A stretch of 62,908 bases of DNA, the filler included, from Rhabdomonas costata (taxonomy: Eukaryota): assembly GCA_019059605.1 (NCBI GenBank). It is 35 parts of 35 records of this genome, joined end to end, with 100 filler letters (N's around TTAATTAATTAA, not from the genome) between each part and the next. Parts side by side here need not be neighbours in the genome. Positions count along the whole stretch, not along the records: positions 1 to 1,701 come from JAHMHO010010416.1; positions 1,802 to 3,501 come from JAHMHO010010417.1; positions 3,602 to 5,302 come from JAHMHO010010418.1; positions 5,403 to 7,103 come from JAHMHO010010419.1; positions 7,204 to 8,904 come from JAHMHO010010420.1; positions 9,005 to 10,702 come from JAHMHO010010421.1; positions 10,803 to 12,503 come from JAHMHO010010422.1; 28 more parts are not named here. One strand, 5' to 3'. Made by a program: the position numbers and the translations under genes. The notes under the pieces were generated by a model. It worked only from the letters and a program-made list of their open reading frames with translations. It did no database searches and was not told the origin of the DNA. Below are positions 1 through 10,837 of the stretch, piece by piece (the first letter of the stretch is position 1; the number at the start of each line of letters is the position of its first letter).

Positions 1-108
1 GGGTGGGGTGGTGGAGCTAGACTGACAATGGCTAGTCGGGAAACCCCGCTGCAACGGGATTGGGAGCAATGTATTTCAGGGTAAAAAGGGTTCAGGGGAG
101 GGCCGCAC

Positions 109-1607
109 CTGCTCGTAGGCCCGCTTCGCGGCCACCAGGTCCTCGGTATCGACCCACTGCCACTGCAGCAGGGTGCGCTCGGGCAGCGTGCCCTGCGGCA
201 GCGAAGAGCCCAGGAGGCTGCTGCCATTGTTTAGCAGCGCTCGAGTGGACGGCGAGCTCGGAAAAAATGCTGCAAAGAGAGCGAGAGAGCGAGACGTGCC
301 TCACGCCTCAGAGCGTGTGGTTGCACTGTGTGCGTGTGCTTGCAGCAACTGACAATGTCAAACAGCAGACGCGGGAAACTCCAAATGGTCACCCTGGAGT
401 CACGGAAAACTATACCCCAACGGTCCGGAAAAACGGCGTGTCGCCCTCCAAGCGCGAATCGAGTGGATTACCGATGAACCATATATGCTTTAAGTGCAGT
501 GCAGTGCGGAAGCGCACCCTGCCACCTACTTACGTACAGACAGAACACATTTCTCCAGCTCCACAACTCCGCCATGACTCATTCTACAACAAGCGCCAAG
601 AAGACTGCCATAAGTGATGTGGAATGACGTGGAAAGTGTTGAATGCACCTGAGCCGGTGGCCGAGGACTCCACGGCGCAGCACGACCCTGCCCTCTCCAT
701 CGCCCCGCCCTCCTCCGTGGCACCCTCCCCAGTTGCGGGGATGGCCTCAGGGAGCACCGCCAGCAGAGGCTCGTACACCGTCAGCACCTCCGCCCGGCCA
801 GGCACCGTGAGGCGGCCCAGCTTGCGGAACACCACCCGCTCGTCCCCAGAGCTGCCCCCGGAGGAGGTGGCTCCGGAGAAGGTACTCTCCGAGACGAGCA
901 CCACCGTGCCGAAGGACTGCCAAGAGAACGGCAAAAGGAACACTGAGAGACACGTACAGGATGAACTGCTCCACCCCTCCCATCCCCACTGGCCCACGCC
1001 ATTCAGCGGGTAGAGCATAACTCAGCAATTGGAGCACAAACACAAAGACATCGACGAGGACGCCTACCGCCTACAACACTGAAGAAATACGATGCAAAAC
1101 ACCACAGGGAACCACTCAGACACCCACCAAGTAAACTGCTCTTCCAACGCCTCTTGTCCTTGAATCGCCCTTGAATTGTTGAATTGAACAATGCCGCACC
1201 GAGCGCATGTGTGGGACCTTATTCGCGGATTCCAAACGGCTGGCGACGTTGACCCCGTCTCCTGAAGCGGGAAAAAGGTGTTCCGGTAGTGTGAAGAAGG
1301 CAATGCAGTACTTCCATCACATTACGGTTCTAACGATTCTACCAGTAGCCGACAATCAAGGAAGGATTGTGAGGTGCCATGGGGCCGCATTTCGAGCCAA
1401 GACATTTGGGTTGCACGGACTCTCATCTTGATGTGGAAACAGCCACACAATTTCTGAAGTCTAGAACACGCGGAGTTCCTGGATAATGGGTGTGCGTATG
1501 TGTGGGGGTGGGGGGCGGGCGGCATGCCCATCACAGTGTAGGAGATGCGGTAGTCGCAGCCGAAGTTTCCAACCATAACTCGCGCCGTGTTTATTCCACA
1601 GCGGAAT
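109..1607 (-). CDS. Class III adenylate cyclase, C-terminal half of catalytic domain (partial; exons 1607-1528, 1261-1218, 916-649, 269-109)
   Basis: Spliced translation FRCGINTARVMVGNFGCDYRISYTVMG|DGVNVASRLESANK|SFGTVVLVSEST...FRKLGRLTVPGRAEVLTVYE...AAKRAYEQ. Contains the GDxVNxAxR catalytic motif and the Thr of bacterial-type (class IIIb) cyclases. All three joins are phase-consistent. The first intron (1527-1262) is GC-AG. Confidence 0.9.
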
Positions 1608-1701
1608 CTTAAGAAAGAGGAAAGGTCACGGGAGGGAGGGAGAGAGGGGAAATGCAGCGCCCCGAGATGCCCACCGCATCCTTTGACTCACTAAAGGGAA
1701 T

Positions 1702-1801
1702 NNNNNNNNNNNNNNNNNNNNNNNNNNNNNNNNNNNNNNNNNNNNTTAATTAATTAANNNNNNNNNNNNNNNNNNNNNNNNNNNNNNNNNNNNNNNNNNN
1801 N
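1702..1801. other. Artificial contig linker N44-TTAATTAATTAA-N44 (first of 34, one about every 1.8 kb)
   Basis: The same 100-nt block with a six-frame stop 12-mer recurs throughout the window, and flanking segments are all about 1690-1710 nt. Confidence 0.99.
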
Positions 1802-1840
1802 GTGTTGGTTGACAGAGAGCATGGTTGACACACACGAGAC

Positions 1841-2088
1841 CTGGTGGTTTCCGTGGGCTCGTGGAGGCGGGTGGAGACCAGCCACTTCTCCTCGGCGATG
1901 AACCAGATGTCGCGGCGGGTCTGCACGAGCTCCACCATCTTGTTGAAGCGGTACGGCACCGTGATGACGTCCTTGATGTGCTGGAAGTTGGTGTCGCGCT
2001 TCTTGATCTTCTCCTGCAGCTCGGGGTCCCCCATCAGCTTGATGATCTGGAACACGTTGTCCACGAAGACGTGCGGGATGTACGCCAT
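1841..2088 (-). CDS. First exon of an unassigned protein (MAYIPHVFVDNVFQIIKLMGDPELQEKIKKRD...)
   Basis: ATG at 2088 after a pyrimidine tract plus AG (2121-2120). Strong GC3 codon bias like the recognisable genes. Candidate GT donor at 1840. Confidence 0.6.
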
Positions 2089-3156
2089 TTTTTTTTGCTG
2101 GTTGCTCCTTTCTTGAGGGCTTGAAAGATAGAAGAGAGAGCTCGGAAAGGCTTGCAGCAAAAAAAGAGTTTGCGAGATCAAGCTGTGTGCTGCAGCAGAA
2201 TGGATGAAGAGATCGAGTTAGGCAACGAAAGGAACAAGGCTTCGCCTAGCTGGAAAGAAATCGGAAAGTGCTCACCTTCCGCTTTCAAACAAAAACGCGT
2301 CCTCCACAATCCCCCCCCGTCAAAGAAGGTGGTCCTGGTGGAATAAGTTCTTTGGCTTCCGTAAGCAACCCACATCGCCAAATCGCGAACCACTCTTCGA
2401 CGAATCCGCGGATTCCTTGAAGCTTGCACAAAAACATGGGTATTCGGAGGCCGCAGGTCGACCATCGTTGCTAGAGTCATCGGTATTTAATTAAGACTAA
2501 GCCCATGCTCCTAAATCGGAACCCCCTCCCAGCTTCTTTTCACGGCGAGAAAAGAAAGCGCACGGAAGTTCCCACAAAAATCTGTGACTCACGAGAGAAG
2601 GGGGCAGTTTGGTCCGAAAAGCTGAGGCGAACAAACGAGCAGGTGTGCCGGGGCCTCTTGCTGCCGCCTGAGGCGGCGAAAAAAAAAGTAGGCTCCTACA
2701 CGACAAGCTTGATCTCCTCGGTGGAGGCCTCTCCCCCTAAGACAGTGAAGCCATCACCGACTAGGGGGGGGGTTCACTCATGTTTTTGCTTTTTATGCCA
2801 ATCGTCAATCGAAAAGAAAAAGGCTGAAAAGGGGCTCGTTGCATCCAATTTGGTTAAAATCTGAACACAGTTCCACAGACACACAAAGAGTTACCCCGCA
2901 TATTCTCTGGGGCGTGTATCCTCTGTGAAATACACTTGTAGGTCTCCATCCAACTTAAGTTGCTTAAGTTGCACACTCATACGACCACCAATGTGGGCAA
3001 AAACCACTTTAAAAAGTAAATAAAGAAACCAGTGCGGCTTTAAAACGTTCTAAAACGTTTCTTCTTTTTGTCCATCAAAGGAAACACCCTGACCGCAGCT
3101 AGGTTTGTACGGGTGGGCAATGCAGTGGAGGTATTCCGGGCCGACGACCCAAAGAC

Positions 3157-3377
3157 TCAGCAGTCGTCGTCGACCACCACTCTCAGACGATGAGAAGGTA
3201 CCAGTGCAAAAAGTGTGGTCCCACCTCCCGAAGAGAGCAGGCGGCTGGTGAGCTGCTCCGCCTTGCCCTTGTTGCGCTGCACCGCGCCCACCAGGGGCTG
3301 CGTGGTGGCCATCACGGTCTTCTTCTCCATCTCACTCATCATCAGCAGAGGCACCGAGATCACCATCAGCGCAGTGC
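3157..3377 (-). CDS. Terminal exon of a small membrane protein, possibly Tom22/Tom9/ATOM14-like
   Basis: Acceptor ...ccgccgtatgcag, then (G)TALMVISVPLLMMSEMEKKTVMATTQPLVG...DDDC*. The hydrophobic stretch with GT...VPL followed by acidic residues resembles the Tom22 transmembrane segment. Confidence 0.35.
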
Positions 3378-6236
3378 CTGCATACGGCGGGGAAAAAACA
3401 TGGTGGCAACAGCTGAAGGAAGGGTGGAGGTAGAGGGTTGGGGGAGGACCGAAGATTGGCAGCGAAATCCCCTTCAAGCAAACCCAACACAACACAACAC
3501 CNNNNNNNNNNNNNNNNNNNNNNNNNNNNNNNNNNNNNNNNNNNNTTAATTAATTAANNNNNNNNNNNNNNNNNNNNNNNNNNNNNNNNNNNNNNNNNNN
3601 NGGTTGGTGGTAGGGACTTCCAGAATCTCACACACACACACCTTTCCGCATCGCCCACAACCTCTGCAAACAAACCATGTCGTAAAGGGCGTCGGGGAAA
3701 CCCGAAGCCAACTGTTCAACAGGTGGAGGTGGAGGTGAAGCTGGAAGGGAAGGGAGAGTCGGAGGGCCGTGACCGAGAGGCAATTGCCAACATGGGGGAA
3801 GCAGGAAAACATGTGAGAAGAGGAAAGCACCGCCAGAGGAGGAGATATCGCCGCACGTGGGGGAGTGACCTCCGCACCTGCCCTTACTCCCCTACGGGGT
3901 TGCATCTATCGATCTTTCACGCCACCACCCCATTCGGGTCACCCCCTGCCTCCTCCTTTGTTTTTTCCAAGTACCACCTCAACGACGGGGGACATCCGGA
4001 AAATCAACACAGTCCAAACACAAACAAGCACGCAAAAACAGGCACGCCAGCTCTCCACATTTCTCTGCGAAGGGCTGACTCACAAACGCACACGCACTCA
4101 TACCTTCCAATACCACAGGTAACTATGAATACTTCACTCCGTTCATCCTTCACGCATCGTACTTCGTCGATACAGCGCCAGTGGGAGGGGGCGGGCTACT
4201 CTCCGAGCTCACTGCAGCTTCTTAGCGGCCAGGTGGGCCAAGCGGGTGCGACGGGTAAGAGAGAACAGCACGATTTGCAGCACCGTGGCCAACCCCAACC
4301 CCCCCACACACCATATACCATATGCCACAAAAATGCTGTGAACCTTTCCGTTCCGCGCAGTTTTGTAATTGTAATCTATTCAACAAATCTCACCTGCACT
4401 TCAACCCAATTGGTCCGCGTTGGTACGAGAACATTAACCATGTGGGGCAACGTGTTCAGGGCCAGGGGTGCATCAGAAGTTCCCGGTTACTGCAAAAACG
4501 ATGCGATTCATATCGTCCATCAAGGCGACCCTGCAAAACCCCAAATTGGTCGGCTATGAGCGAATAATAAATATGACCCAGTCTTGTGCACCCCCTCCCA
4601 CTCCATTCAACAAAGCCCGTCACCTGCAAGGCGTCAGGAAGCAGCCGGCTCCTCAATGTAGCCGAGCATGCGAAGAACGTTCCCACGCAGACCTGCCACA
4701 AAGCATCCAGACCGACGGACCTGCCATCGAGGAAGGAATAAGAACCTGAAAAAGGCGCTGCGAGTGCGGCGATGACCAGATAGAACGAATGGTGAATGTG
4801 TGGGAGCGGGCGGACCTCAAAGACCAAGAAGGCCACCATAGTGGGCGCGAAGCTATTGACCACCGCTGATACCTGCGCAAGATTTGAAAGTGTCCAAGAC
4901 CAACCAACGGTACAGGAGATGAAGTGGCAGCACGCCTACATTCTACGGATCTTCCCCTCGCTACCTTTGACCCCGCCCACCTTTCCACCCACCTGTCTCT
5001 ACCGAAGAACTGCGACATGCAGGGAGTGAAGGCGACCTGTGGAGGGGTATGGTAGGACGGTGGTGCACGGTGACATGACCTCGTGAACTCATCCTCCTTG
5101 TGCATGCATGTATTTTGACGGGGGCATGTCCTCCCTACACCTTTTAAACTGGAGATTCCGTATTTTGTACTGCTGTGGGAAAGAGGTTTGCTGAGAACCA
5201 AAGCGTGCTTCACACACGGTGTCTTTGAGCACCATTTCCACCCGTGGCGCTGCGGGGGTTTGTGGAAGGTTGAGTTGTGTCACTTTTTGGTTCCCACCAA
5301 CCNNNNNNNNNNNNNNNNNNNNNNNNNNNNNNNNNNNNNNNNNNNNTTAATTAATTAANNNNNNNNNNNNNNNNNNNNNNNNNNNNNNNNNNNNNNNNNN
5401 NNTGTGGTGGGTAAGGTCATCTCTCTCTTTCGCTGGACTGCTCTTGTGTGTTTCACCCCCGCTGTTTTGCATGAATACTTTTGTTCCGCCTGGGCACTCG
5501 ATGTATGTTGCTGTGTTTCGGATGCCTTCTTTGGGAATCACTGGGCGCCTGGTCAAGGATTTCTGGGCAGTGTGGTGAAGTCGTGCCGGAATGCCCGTAT
5601 GTCTTGGTATCCCCATTTGAATTGAACATCGTGGAAATTTTTTCGTTTTTTTTTTGCTGTTCTCTTTTATCTCTGCTGTTCTTTTCTTTTACTTTGTTTC
5701 CGTATTCACAGCGCCCATCTCAGCCCTTGGAATATATGGGAGTTGATGCTGGTCTAGATGCAAGTGTACGCCATATTGCAAAAGGATAGGCGCTGTGAGT
5801 CTTGCCCAAGTTTCTTGGATTGGGGCACAGCAGCTTCATCCTAGTGAGGCGACGCAAGGCCAAAACAGTTTGTAGATTCGGCGAAACTATGGGTGGAATC
5901 CAAAGCCCACGTCAAAGGCGGGAAATCGGGCAACGACGCATGGTGGCATTCTTTGGGAACCCTGTGGCAAACCGTACAATTTGGAAGATAAAACGATATA
6001 CTGCATCTAGAAAATGAAAAACAAACACGAACACGAGGAGGAGACGTTGGAGACAGGGAGGCAGGAAGAGTGAAGGGGGAAGGACTCCCACCTTTACCCC
6101 ACTCACACGCTGCATCCTTGTTTCTTTCTCGCAGCCGCGTGCAATTCGGCTTGCACGCTTTTAATCCTTCTGTGCTTTTCTCGTTGCGTGCGTTGTTCTG
6201 GTTGCGTGTGTACGTGGCCTTACTCACTCTTTAGCA

Positions 6237-6685
6237 ATGCAAGGTTGTGCTTCTCGCAAGATCGGGCTTCTCTCATCGGGAGTCTCTCGTCATTTTCTGC
6301 GGTGCTTCCGGGCCACGCCTTCCCTGCCCGCATGCCCCGCCGCCACGTTTCCCGGCATGCTTGAGCCTCTTGTGGTTCAGCTGAAGCAGACCGGGGTGAC
6401 CCAGGAGCGCGTTCCATACCTCGCGCTGCCCAACGCTGTTCTCCGGAAGACCTCAGAGGCCGACCGTTTTGGCAATCCCTTATCGGTCCTTGTCAGCTGG
6501 TCCGTAACTCATCTGCTGCCACGGGGGTATCCAACCTCGGTGCACCCGATGTACCTCAAGTACTCGGGGTGGAGCGCGGTGTCCAACCTGTTTGGCTCGG
6601 TGACGGGGGTGCTGTCTATGGAGGCCCTTCTGACGGCGGTGGGAGTCGGCAACAGCAACGTTCTGCCTTTGGCGGCGGCATTGAG
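6237..6685 (+). CDS. RUS1/DUF647 (root UV-B sensitive-like) family protein, first exon
   Basis: LLPRGYPTSVHPMYLKYSGWSAVSNLFGSVTGVLSMEALLTAVGVG...PLAAAL matches the LPxGYPxSVxxxYLxY..W..GVLSxxALLxAVGVG family signature. ATG is 2 nt after an AG. GT donor at 6686. Confidence 0.85.
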
Positions 6686-6941
6686 GTGTGGGGTCTCGGG
6701 CGGGTCTCGGGCTCAGAAGGGATTTAATTACCTGAACCTCTTTTTTGAAGGCAAGAGTGGCTGTGTGTCTGCTGCATGCCACTTCCGTTTTTACAGGGTG
6801 TTAACCAAAACCTGACCAATGCCTTGAGGTCTTAAAGCTAGTTTTCCACATGGCGACTCGGCGGTGGGCTTTTTGGGGAAAGAGTCGTGAGGTGGGTACA
6901 AAGGTCCAAGGGGATCCTCGACATCACGCCCTCGTTTCTGG

Positions 6942-6987
6942 ACTGCACTGCACTGCACTGCACTGCACTGCACTGCACTGCACTGCA
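6942..6987. repeat. (CACTG)n microsatellite, 8 full units plus partial flanks
   Basis: Read directly from the sequence. Confidence 0.97.
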
Positions 6988-9897
6988 AACCTCATTAAGA
7001 CTTGTGGTTCGTGTGTTGCTGGTAGTTGTTATGGCTCAGGCGGATAGTGAGCCTTTACTGACATCGCTTCTTGTTTGCGTTCTAGCTGGATTCTGCGCGA
7101 GGGNNNNNNNNNNNNNNNNNNNNNNNNNNNNNNNNNNNNNNNNNNNNTTAATTAATTAANNNNNNNNNNNNNNNNNNNNNNNNNNNNNNNNNNNNNNNNN
7201 NNNGGTTTGTTTTTCCGGCTTATGAGTTTGTTCTCCCCGTGGGTTATTGTAGCGGGCTTTGGCCTCTTCTTTCCGCCAGCGCCTTGGAGCGAGACCTGCG
7301 GCCTCTACCTTCTCTATTTTGCCCCCGCCCATCACCCCTTCTTCTGCCCTTCCTGCGCCTCCGTGCGCCTGTTTCTTTCGTCTTCCAGCGCGACTCTCCT
7401 AGAAGCCACACCTCTCTTAGATTCGGCCCTTTTGTGCTTCCGTGCTACCGCTCCTGCGTAGTGCCTTGAACCCTGGAAACATTTCGTGGATATTACAACT
7501 TAGGTCCTGGATGATATGCACGTTTGACTGTGGAAGGATGCACCAGACACCGGTGCGGTCGAATTGTTGGGCCTTTCAGATCACACCTTGTGGTTTGCTT
7601 GTTGTTTCGCCATTTTGTTTCGCAGCCTATGCCTTTCCACGATCTCTTCTACCAAAAGATAAGAAGTGGCATAGAATTCTCACGCACAATGTCATTTGTA
7701 ACGCGCGCTCGAGGCAAACTCGACAACCCAGATTATGTGCATATCCGCGTGTGGCTTCCTGGTCTCTCTGATATGGCCTGCTGTGACAAAAAACAACAGG
7801 AATACACTTTGGAAAAAGCGAACACAAAAAGATCTTCGGATTTCTTGAAACTAACGGAATATAAGAAATCCTAGACAAATGAATGGACCAAAACCTTTCA
7901 AACTGCCGCCGTGTGTAACACACGATGCAGTCATTCTTCACAGCCTGATTCCGGTGAGGCCTTGTCCTCGTCTCTCTCGTCTGCAAAAACTCTTGAAAAT
8001 ACTATAGATGTATAGATGTAACCTTCCACCTTCCTCATACAGAAAACTCCGAAAACACCGCTTAATAATCACTTCAGTTGGTTTGTTTGCACGCATTCCA
8101 TTCCATGCGGCATCCGTGGTCTGGCGCTTTGACTCAGCAGTGATTTGACAGTTACCACGGTCGCTCTAAGGACCATCCGTCTCTCACATGTCCCTACTCT
8201 GTTATGCGGTTATGAGGCTTCGACTTCCGTCTCCGCTAAGCTTGTCGGCCATCTCTTTCAAAACTCTGGAAACGAGTTTCTGTAAATACCACTTCATTGC
8301 GGTCTTCATCTGAAATGAGAACACCATGACGACTTGGACAGTTACATGCTAACAGGCGAGGACTGAAAAAGTCCCAACTGGAGACGGCCAATCACTCACG
8401 AAGGTCCATATCAGTAAAACTGTGGAACTATGTAAGATCCTCATTTCTGCACCCACCACATCTCATTCCACCAACTTAGGAACGCTCAGACAACAAACGC
8501 TCTGAAATGACGCTACATCATGCAGCACGTTCTAGAAACACGCCACATATCATCTGGAAGCATCTCGCAACATAACACTAATCTGGAATCACAATCCAAA
8601 CAACGCATACATTGAATCAGTCACAGAACCTGAGCTCAGATCAACACCATCTTTATGTGCTCCAGCCTACTAGCTCTAACTAAATGCAGCACTAACGCTG
8701 ATTTTAACTTTTGAACTGCCTCGAAGAAAAAATCTCTGCAGAAGACGATGGCGTGGCTCTAGACACACATGTCACCTTACTGTGCACTACCTTCTCTTGG
8801 AGGTTACAACAACGTCCCGCATCCACCCAGCGTATCTTTAACTGGTGTGTGGGGGATTTCACGGAAAGAAGTTTACTCACTGAGACTCATCATAAACAAA
8901 AACCNNNNNNNNNNNNNNNNNNNNNNNNNNNNNNNNNNNNNNNNNNNNTTAATTAATTAANNNNNNNNNNNNNNNNNNNNNNNNNNNNNNNNNNNNNNNN
9001 NNNNTGTTTTGGGGAAAGGCTGGAACGGTTGAAAGTGTGTAAGTGAAGGAGCCTGAGAATGTACGGGGGCTACCAAGGTGTGTGCAGAGCTTCGAAAAGG
9101 AGTCACAAGAAAAGTTCGTGCACAGACGATAGATAGAAAGTACAGAGAGCTTCAAAACGGAAAAAAGAGGGGTGGGGTCTCGCCCAATCTCAGGTTAAAG
9201 GGCACGGGCCAAAGCCACTCCTGCAATCCAAACAACTTCGAGTGCGCAAACCCTCTTCTCCCTTGGACATCTTGACGTCCTGACGTCAGTTTAGCCAGTG
9301 GGAGTAATGACGGCACCCCTTGGTACACCAGCACAGCACTCCGGCGCTGAACAAGGATCACGGTTTTCCAACAACGTCGGAGGTCCAAGCCCCCAGCAGT
9401 CAATGTTGAAGTTTGAATGACCGCCTTCACGTGATAAGCCATTATTCACATTTAGGTGAAGAGGGATTTGCTTAATGTCGCATATATTCAACAAACAAAC
9501 ATCATTATTAGGAAAAAAAAAGAGGGCTGGTATAGCGCGAAAAGGACGAAGAAGGGGTTGACGCAGGACAACCTGCCAAGTCGCTTCTTTATTTAAGATA
9601 CACTCTGTCAGGACTTTCTCCCAATTAAGAACTTTTCAGTGTGCTGAGTGTTTCAGGAGAAGACTGCTTCAGAAAGGAGCCTCATGTTGCTCTGTTTCGG
9701 CTTTCCTCAGAGCGGTAGTGCTGGCACAGTGCTCCTTCCTGCCCATAGAGGCTACCAGCCGAGGACACACAACAAACATGCATCGCGCACATACAGCTAG
9801 AAGGTGATGTACGGTGACAGTACGGTGCGTCCTACTGGCGCCCGAATCATTCAAGAGGAACTCTTCCATAAGGAAGGGTTTTCCGAGACGTCGGAGG

Positions 9898-10103
9898 TCA
9901 GACAAAGACGGCCCTCTGGTTGAGGTAGTACAGAGAGAACGCGGGATAAACCTCCACGTCCCGCAGCCCAGGAATGTGCCCCACCGCCCTCTCCCGGCCG
10001 TTGGTGAGGGTGACTGTGTTGGAGGCAAAGTCGCAGTCAATCTCCACCACAGATCCCGTGCCGAAGGTGATCTTCTCGCACTTCCAGCTCCCGTACGTCT
10101 GCC
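9898..10103 (-). CDS. Terminal exon of a SPRY/B30.2-like domain protein (absent from the ORF track)
   Basis: After ...tggtgcag: QTYGSWKCEKITFGTGSVVEIDCDFASNTVTLTNGRERAVGHIPGLRDVEVYPAFSLYYLNQRAVFV*. Fits the SPRY C-terminal pattern G.vv...D...t..f..NG...YPa.Sl. Confidence 0.65.
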
Positions 10104-10685
10104 CTGCACCAGTCCGCGGGGGAAAACAATGCCCCCGAATGCAATCCCACGTGGCACTCCAGATCCGTCGAAATCTCTTCAGTGCTCAGTGCACATCATT
10201 TGACATCAGTGGACACAACGGCGGTTCAGGCAAAGCCCAATAGAAGATGAGGTCAATAAGCAATTGGCTGCCTGGAGACCGAATTCACTCCTGAACTAAC
10301 TTTCCGGGTTAACCTGATCCCGAAAGAGGTTAAGAGGGCTGCCCTGCCTCACAGATCATGTGCTGATTGGGAAAGCGGTCGGAAATTACATTACATTGGA
10401 AGAACAAATGGCAGTACATGGAAGTACAAAGTTTAAACCCAAATACAGCGATTCGGCAGAGCATGTGAATAATATGCATCCCCAAAATGCTGAAACAACT
10501 CGAACGCGGCACACTGTGCCGCAACGGTGCAGGGGCACTGGATGGGAAGGGAAGGAAAGGGACCATAAGGGAAGCAGGAAAGGAAAGGCATGAAAGAAGC
10601 GGACGGAAAGTTTCCTTCTCCACTCACCTGCCCTGGAGATGCACCAGCCTCCCATCTCAGAGATGTACTTCGTGCCAACACCACC

Positions 10686-10702
10686 CCAAACACACCCACC
10701 AC
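10686..10702 (-). other. WGA primer remnant at contig end (also 30494-30510, 41293-41310, 41411-41427, 43212-43228, 55803-55819)
   Basis: One-mismatch or one-indel variants of GTGTTGGGTGTGTTTGG (GenomePlex-type primer, recalled from memory), always at contig termini and pointing inward. Confidence 0.8.
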
Positions 10703-10817
10703 NNNNNNNNNNNNNNNNNNNNNNNNNNNNNNNNNNNNNNNNNNNNTTAATTAATTAANNNNNNNNNNNNNNNNNNNNNNNNNNNNNNNNNNNNNNNNNN
10801 NNGGTGGTGGGGGGGGG

Positions 10818-10837
10818 GGCATAAATGCACTTATGCC
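10818..10837. repeat. Short palindromic dispersed motif GGCATAA-ATGCAC-TTATGCC after a G-run (copy 1)
   Basis: 7-bp inverted repeat with a near-identical copy at 18020-18040. Confidence 0.7.

Noticed and set aside
60..1043. Plus-strand ORFs 60-617 and 624-1013, and similar antisense ORFs elsewhere (1825-2124, 47511-47909)
   Set aside because: They are shadows of GC3-rich minus-strand exons.
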